Source of the DNA: Scenedesmus sp. PABB004 | Lineage: Eukaryota | Length of the DNA: 64,000 nucleotides | Assembly (NCBI GenBank): GCA_014905635.1 | Contig: CM026547.1 | Span: 2,976,001-3,040,000 of the forward strand | Reading direction: 5' to 3' | Shown here: positions 58,233 through 64,000 of the stretch, piece by piece | Numbering within the stretch: the stretch's first letter is position 1 | Layout: each line of letters begins with the position of its first letter | Notes under the pieces: generated by a model | What the model was told of the DNA's origin: nothing | Databases searched by the model: none | The model's input: only the letters and a program-made list of their open reading frames with translations | Program-made: the position numbers and the translations under genes

Positions 58233-61200
58233 CTACCGCCGCCGCGAGGGGCCGCCGCCGCCGCCGCCGCCGCTGGGCAGGTCCTTGAACGCCACTCGCG
58301 CGCCCGACGACGGGCTGGGCAGCGCCGGCAGCGTTGTGGCCGGCGAGCTCGCCCCGCTCAGCGCGGCGGCACCCGGCAGCGGCACGCGCACCGAGGGCAG
58401 GCCGCCGCCGCCGCCGCCGTCGCCAGTCGCCGGCCGACTGCTGCCGACGCCCGCGGCGGGGCGGCTGCCGGCGGCGCCCGTGGCGGGGCGGCTGCTGGCG
58501 AACCAGTCGCTGGCGGCCGAGAACCCGCTGAGGCTGCCCGGCAGCATGCAGCAGCTGTCGCTGCGCCCGCTCACGCTGCCCTGCAGCTCCTGCAGCATGG
58601 CGGAGCCCAGCCGCTGGCGGCCGCCGCTGACGCTGCCCGCCTCGGCCGCGGCGGAGCCCCACACGTTTGAGGCGTTGGCCAGCAGGGCGTCGGCCATGCG
58701 CCGCGGCGCCATCAGTGCGTGCGCCGGCAGCAGGCCTGGCGGGCGCAGTCGCAGCGGTGCGTGTTGTGTGTGTGGGGGGGGGAGGGGAGGTCGGCAGCAC
58801 AGCCGAGGCCCTGCACTGCCGTCCCCCCCCCCCCCCCCCACCACCTCCAATCCTTCCCTCGGCCCGCACGCACCTGCGTCGTGCTGCACCATCAGCCAGG
58901 CGAGCAGCTCGTCCAGGTCCACCGCCGGCCCCGCTGGCCCCTCCACTCGCAGCGCCTCGAGCGCCGCCGCGACGCTGCCGCGCGCCGCGGGCGCGCCGCG
59001 GCCGCCTGGCGGCCCCGCGCCGCCGCCCGCCGGCCCGGCCGCGGTGCCCGCGCCGCACAGCAGCGCGCGTGCGTTCAGCAGCGCGGGCAGGCGCGCGAGG
59101 TCCGCGAGGGCGCCGACGTTGTACACGTTGCCCAGCAGGTCCTGCGCGCAGCCGAGCGGCAGCCGCGCGCCGTCCGGCGCCGCCGCCCAGTCGCGCAGCA
59201 CGCCCCGCCACAGCCCGCCGGCGAGGCGCTTGACCGCGTGCAGGAGCAGCACAAACTGGCGGTAGTGCTCCGCGCCCCACGGCCCGCCGCAGCCGCCGGC
59301 GGGAGCGTGGACCCCCGTGAGGCAGAGGAAGAGCGCGGCGCGCACGCTGCCCGCGATGAGGGGCCGGCAGCTCACCAGCAGGCGGCCGATGGCGCCCTGC
59401 GCGCGGCGGCGGCGCGCAGGACGGGTCAGCGGCGCGCAGGACGGGTCAGCGGCGCGACGGCTCCAGCCCGCCGCGCAGGCGCCGCCCGCGCGTCCAACGA
59501 CGCACGTGCTGGGGGTCCATCAGCGCCGCGCCGTCTTGCTGAGCCCCAGCGGTGCCGCCCCCGCCGCTGCCGCCGCTGCTGCCGCCCTGGCCAAAGTGCG
59601 CCAGCATCACGTCCAGCAGCGTGGCGGGCGCCGCCCCGCCGCCGCCGCTGCCACCGACGACGCTGCCCGCTGCGCTGGCTGCGCTGGCCGGCCTGCTGTG
59701 CCTCTGCTCGTGCCCCCAGGCAGACTCGAGCGCGTGCAGGCCGCGCACGTGCACGCGCACGATCGCCTCCGCCACGGCGCCGGGGGGCAGCGCCGCGTCC
59801 GCGGTGGCGGGCAGCGCGCGGACCAGGCGCGCCATCTCGGCCTGCGGCGGCTCGTCGCTCTGCGCGCCGACCTCGCGCCGCGCCGCCACGGCCGCTGCGC
59901 GCTCTGCTTGGGCCTGCGCCATGCCGCGCACGTTGGTGACCATGGCCGCGAGCGCGCCGCTCACCCACCGCCGCCTCTGGTCGGGCGGCCAGCTGGCGCG
60001 GGGGCAGCTGGCTTGGGTGCTTCCATCTGGCGCGCCGCCGTCTGCTGCCGGCGGCGCCTCGGTCGTCGCGTCCAGCAGGCCCGCAAGCGCCTGGCGCAGC
60101 GCGTCGCCAGCCTCGCCGGCGGCAGCCAGGACGGCAGCGCACGCCGCCTGCTCCCCCGCCCGCAGCTCCGCCAGGTGGTCCACCTCCTGCTGCAGAAGCT
60201 GCACCTCCAGCTCGCTCGTTCTCTCCGTCTGGTGCAGGAGCCTGGCGCGCAGCTGGCCAGCAAACCAGCTCAGCATGCCAACCTGCGGCCGCGGCGTCCG
60301 GGCGCCGGCAGTGAGAGCGCGTAGCCCAGCACCACTGCCGGCTGCTGTCCCGCCGCCGGCCGCCACTCGAGCGGCCGCACCTTGACCTCCGCCCAGTGCT
60401 TCTGCTTGCTGCCCCGCTGCTGCCCCAGGCCCTGCTCGCGGATCAGCGCGGCGACCTCCGGCGGCAGCGCAGCCAGCTCCTCCTCCTCCAGCCAGCTGGC
60501 GTCGGCGTCACAGCCGAGGCCCGGCAGCGGCGCAACCGGGGGCGGCAGGGTCGCAGCCGCAGCAGCGCCGCCGCCACCGTCGCCGGCGGCCGCCGCCTCG
60601 ACAGCTGCCGCGTCGGCCGACGACGCCGCGCCGTCTGGCAGCGCGCCCGTGCCGGAGGCGTGCCGGCTGCCCGCCGCGCCGGCACGGCTGGACGGTCGCG
60701 AGGCGGCGCGCGGGCTGCCGCCGCTCCTCGGTGACCAGGGCGACTCGCCGGCGCCGCCGTCCGCCACGCCGCCCTGCAACAGCACCTGCGACGGTGCGGG
60801 GGCGCGCGGCGTCAGCAGCGGAGCGGTCAGCTGCCTGCAGGCGGCTCGTGCGGGCTGCCCAGGCCGCCCTTGCCTTGGCCGTCTCGAGCCGGCTCAGCGT
60901 GCGCGCATGGCTGCTGCTCATCGCCGCCAGCTGCGTCTGCGTCGTGGTGAGCCGGTGCCGCGCCTTGTCCAGCTGCCCCGCAGCCAGGCTGCCCTCGCGC
61001 GCCAAGATCTCCAGCTCCTGCACGCGCTTGGTGAGGGCCTGGTGCTGCTCCAGCAGGCCCGCGTTGGTGGTCAGCAGCTGCGCGTGCTCGGCCTTGTAGC
61101 CGTCCAGGCCGCCCCGCAGCTCCGCCTCGCGCGCGGCCGCCTGCTGGAGCTGGCACTGCAGCTGGTCGTGCTGCTCCTGCGCGCCGAGGGGGCGAGGCAT

Positions 61201-62929
61201 GGCGGCGCGTGTGAGGGGGTGCCGCGGCGCGGCGGGGCGCCCGGCGGCGGCGCCCCGCTGTCGCCGCACCTGCAGCCGCTCGACCTTGTGCTGCGCAGTG
61301 TCGCGCTCCACCTCCAGCGTCGAGCACCGCGGCTGCAGCGGCAGCAGCCGCTGCACCTGCTGCGTCAGCGACAGCACCTCGCCCTGCAGCTCGGCCAGGC
61401 GCGCGCCGTCCTCGGCCGCCTGCGCCGCCGCGCGCTGCCAGCTGCCGTCGGCCGCCGCGCGCTCCGCCTCGGCGCGCGCCGTGCGCGCCTCCAGGGACTC
61501 GCGGTCAGCGATAGCCTTGGCGTAGAGGGAGCGCACCTCATACAAGCTCTCCTGCAGCGGCAGCAGCGGCCGCAGCGGCCGCAGCAGTCGCAGCGGTCCC
61601 GGCCGCAGCTCGGCCGTGCGGCGTGCGCGCCCCGGGGGCCTCCGCCCCCCGCCCCCCGTCGGGCGCCCGCACCTGCAGCTCCGTCTTCTGGCCCGCCTCG
61701 GCGCGCAGGCGCTCCTCGAGCCGCTCCAGGTCTCCGCGCAGGCCCTTGGCGGCGGCATCCTGCGCGCGGACGTGCTTGACCGCCAGCTCCAGCGCATGCT
61801 GCACGCCGCCGAGCGGCCCGAGCTTGGCCCACACGGGGTCCTCGTGCCCGGGCAGCTCCTGGCCGCGCGGCTGCCTGCCGAGTGCCTTGCCCAGCACGAT
61901 GACAGCGTCCCGCACGCCGTTCACCTCGGCCTCCAGCTCGGCGCACCTGCGGCGGCGTGCCGTGCGAGCTCGCACCGCGCGCCGGGCCGCACCCCCCCCC
62001 CTGGCGCACCCACCCACCCGCACACACGCACCTGGCCTGCGCGCTGAGGTGCACCGCCTGCGCGCGCTGGTGCTGCTGCTGCAGCTCTGCCAACTCCACC
62101 CGCAGCTGCTGCCGGCCCTCCTCCACCTCCTGCATTGCGCGCGCGACGTCCACGTGCTGCTGACCCCAGCGCCTGCGGCGGCGCCCCGCACGCACAACAC
62201 CGTAGTCAGCGTGCTGTGCGCGCCCAGGCGCGGCGGCCCTGCCCGCACCCCCACAGCGCGCTGCCCGCGGCGCCCCGCGCGGACCGCTTGCTCTCCTCCA
62301 GCTCCGCCGCCGCCGCCGCGAGCTGCCCGAGCGCGACCGCGTGCGCGTGCTGCAGGTCGCCATGCTGCTGGTGCAGCGCGGCGAGCTCCTGCTCCAGGCC
62401 CGCCAGGCCCCGCCGCAGCGCGTCCTCGTCGTCCGCAAACACGGCGATGCGCGCCGCGTGCGCCGCGCACGCCGCCTGGCTGTCGGCAAGGGCGCGCTGC
62501 AGCTGGCTCACGGTCGCGCGCAGGCCCACGCAAATCACCTGCGCCGGGGCGCGCGGCGCCGTGAGCGGCGCGCCCCGCCGCGCGAAGCCGGCGCGCGGCG
62601 TGGCGGGCAGAGGCTGGCAGCCACGGCCCACGGCGAGCCGCGCGGCGCACGTCATTCGCGCGATACTCTGCGAGCGCCGCGCGCAGCTGCGCCGCCTGCG
62701 CCGCGTTGGTCGCCTGCAGCGCCGCCGCGCGGCCGGCGGCGTCGACGTACGCGGCGTGCGCGTCGGCCGCGCAGCGCGTGAGGCGCGCCACCTCCGCCTC
62801 CGCGCCCGCCGCGCGCTGCTGCTGGCGCAGGCGCTCCGCCTCCGCCCGCAGCAGCAGCTCCCCCGGCGGCGGCATCCGCTCCTGCTGTGCCTGCTGCTGC
62901 TCCTGCTGCGGCCCGGCGGGCGCCGCCAT
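58233..62929 (-). CDS. Uncharacterised long coiled-coil protein with a helical C-terminal region
   Basis: MAAPAGPQQEQQ.., then multi-exon heptad-rich Glu/Gln/Ala/Leu stretches bounded by GT-AG introns. The C-terminal exon contains VRAALFLCLTG..WGAEHYRQFVLLLHAVKRL. The exact ends are uncertain. Confidence 0.7.
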
Positions 62930-63310
62930 CGCTGGCGGCGCCGCCGACAAGCGCCGCCGGCGCGCGCGCAGCGCCGGCTGCGGCGTGTGCGGTGTGTGCG
63001 CGTGCGGGGCCCCCCGCGGCGTCCAGCGGTCGGACTGGGGGGGCGCGGCGCGGGCCTGCCCACGCTCGCAGGGGAGCCCGCCGCGCGCCGTTGTCGGCGC
63101 AGCCGCGGTCCAGCGCGCCGCTCGGACCACCGTCACATCGGCAGGGCAGGCGGCGACGGTCCGCCGCAAACTCCCATACCGGCAGGCGGCACGCGCACGA
63201 GCAGCGCACCGCCCCGCGCCGCGGCGTCCCGGAGAGCTCGCCACGGTCGCACGCGCGCACGGCGCCGCCGCCGCTGCGCTCGCTGCGGCGCGCCTGGCGC
63301 CGGCGGCTCG

Positions 63311-64000
63311 ATGCCGCTGCCGGCCGGTGTCGCAGCGCTCGTGGGCGCCGGCAGCCGGCCCGCGGGCGGCTGCCTGGCGCGCCTGGGGCAGCGGTGGCTC
63401 CACGCGCGCTCCAGCGGCGCGCCCGATGAGCGCGCCGGCCTGGCCGGGCAGCCCACGCACGCGAGCCACCCACACGTGAGCCCCCGCGCGCCCGCACGCC
63501 GCGCCGAGCAGCCGCGCGCTCGCCAGGGCCGCGCCCAACCGCGCACCAGCTGGTGCGGCCGGGGCGACGCGCCAGCGCGCCATGGGCGCCGCCACCGGTC
63601 GCTCCACGACGCCAGCGCCGAGCAGCCGCCGGGGCTGGCGCGCGGCGCGCGCTCACGCGGCGGGGCGGCCGCCGCGCCGCGCGCTGCTGCTCCGCCGCTC
63701 ACCCGCGTGCCGGCCGCCGCCGCCGCCGCTTGCCGCCGCCGCCGCTCGCCGCGCGCAGCTGCTGGGCCCCGACGAGCTGGCGCCGGGGCTGCACGCTGGG
63801 GAGTTCGCGGCCCGACGGCGCGCGCTCGCGCGGCTGCTGCCGCCGGGCGGCGTCGCGGTGCTGCCCGGCGCGGCGCTGTCGTTCGTCACGGGCGTCATCC
63901 CGCACCCCTACCGCCAGGACGCCGACTTCCTGTACCTCACCGGCATCCAGCAGCAGGCAGTGGCGGTGCTCGCGAGCGACGGCGCCGACGGCTGCCAGTT
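63311..64000 (+). CDS. ICP55: Aminopeptidase P family, ICP55/XPNPEP3-like (5' part; runs off the window)
   Basis: Presequence-like N-terminus, GQPTHASHPH (intron 63476-63758) then LLGPDELAPG..EFAARRRAL..PYRQDADFLYLTG. Confidence 0.88.
   Translation, partial: MPLPAGVAALVGAGSRPAGGCLARLGQRWLHARSSGAPDERAGLAGQPTHASHPHVSPRAPARRAEQPRARQGRAQPRTSWCGRGDAPARHGRRHRSLHDASAEQPPGLARGARSRGGAAAAPRAAAPPLTRVPAAAAAACRRRRSPRAAAGPRRAGAGAARWGVRGPTARARAAAAAGRRRGAARRGAVVRHGRHPAPLPPGRRLPVPHRHPAAGSGGARERRRRRLPV

Noticed and set aside
14233..58840. Poly-C/poly-G tracts and (GCC)n, (GCGCCC)n, (CGCGC)n runs in introns and UTRs as functional elements
   Set aside because: They are ubiquitous low-complexity slippage products in this composition, with no specific pattern.
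1..64000. Hundreds of long overlapping or antisense ORFs rich in Arg/Ala/Pro/Gly (e.g. 2321..5059 -, 32656..36279 -, 17451..19964 +)
   Set aside because: They are expected from stop-codon scarcity at about 80% GC. They have no domain motifs and shadow real genes.
1..64000. tRNA, rRNA or snRNA genes
   Set aside because: None were recognisable by eye; a covariance-model scan would be needed to exclude small RNAs.

Overview
This is eukaryotic nuclear DNA with extremely high GC (about 80% by eye), dense in genes and introns. It comes from a chlorophycean green alga, inferred from a nucleus-encoded mitochondrial ATP synthase alpha with the chlorophycean N-terminal extension, OPR and PPR-SMR-cyclin genes, and TGTAA poly(A) signals. 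About 20 protein genes can be reconstructed by hand-splicing: VPS4 (5' end), an OPR protein, an ankyrin protein, a serine carboxypeptidase, a DEK-C/SWIB protein, a gankyrin-like protein, ATP1, YL1/Vps72, a J-domain protein, a hidden bTHX/PSRP4-like ribosomal protein, HSF, a very large membrane-anchored metzincin with TSP1/EGF modules, 6-phosphogluconolactonase, kinesin-9 (KIF6-like), PPR-SMR-cyclin, a PsbP-domain protein, an intron-containing H2B, NEMF/Rqc2, a coiled-coil protein and an ICP55-like aminopeptidase P (5' end). Four observations stand out. (1) A perfect 330-bp inverted repeat brackets the whole ATP1 gene, and an older inverted repeat brackets H2B next to a captured copy of the PPR gene's 5' end, suggesting recurrent single-gene inversion or promoter shuffling. 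(2) At least 13 introns appear to use GC-AG boundaries. (3) The metzincin has an ADAMTS-like, membrane-anchored architecture. (4) Two probable -1 frameshifts occur at the same CCCCCGGCG context. Most long ORFs in the supplied track are GC artefacts. All calls are by eye; no database search was run.
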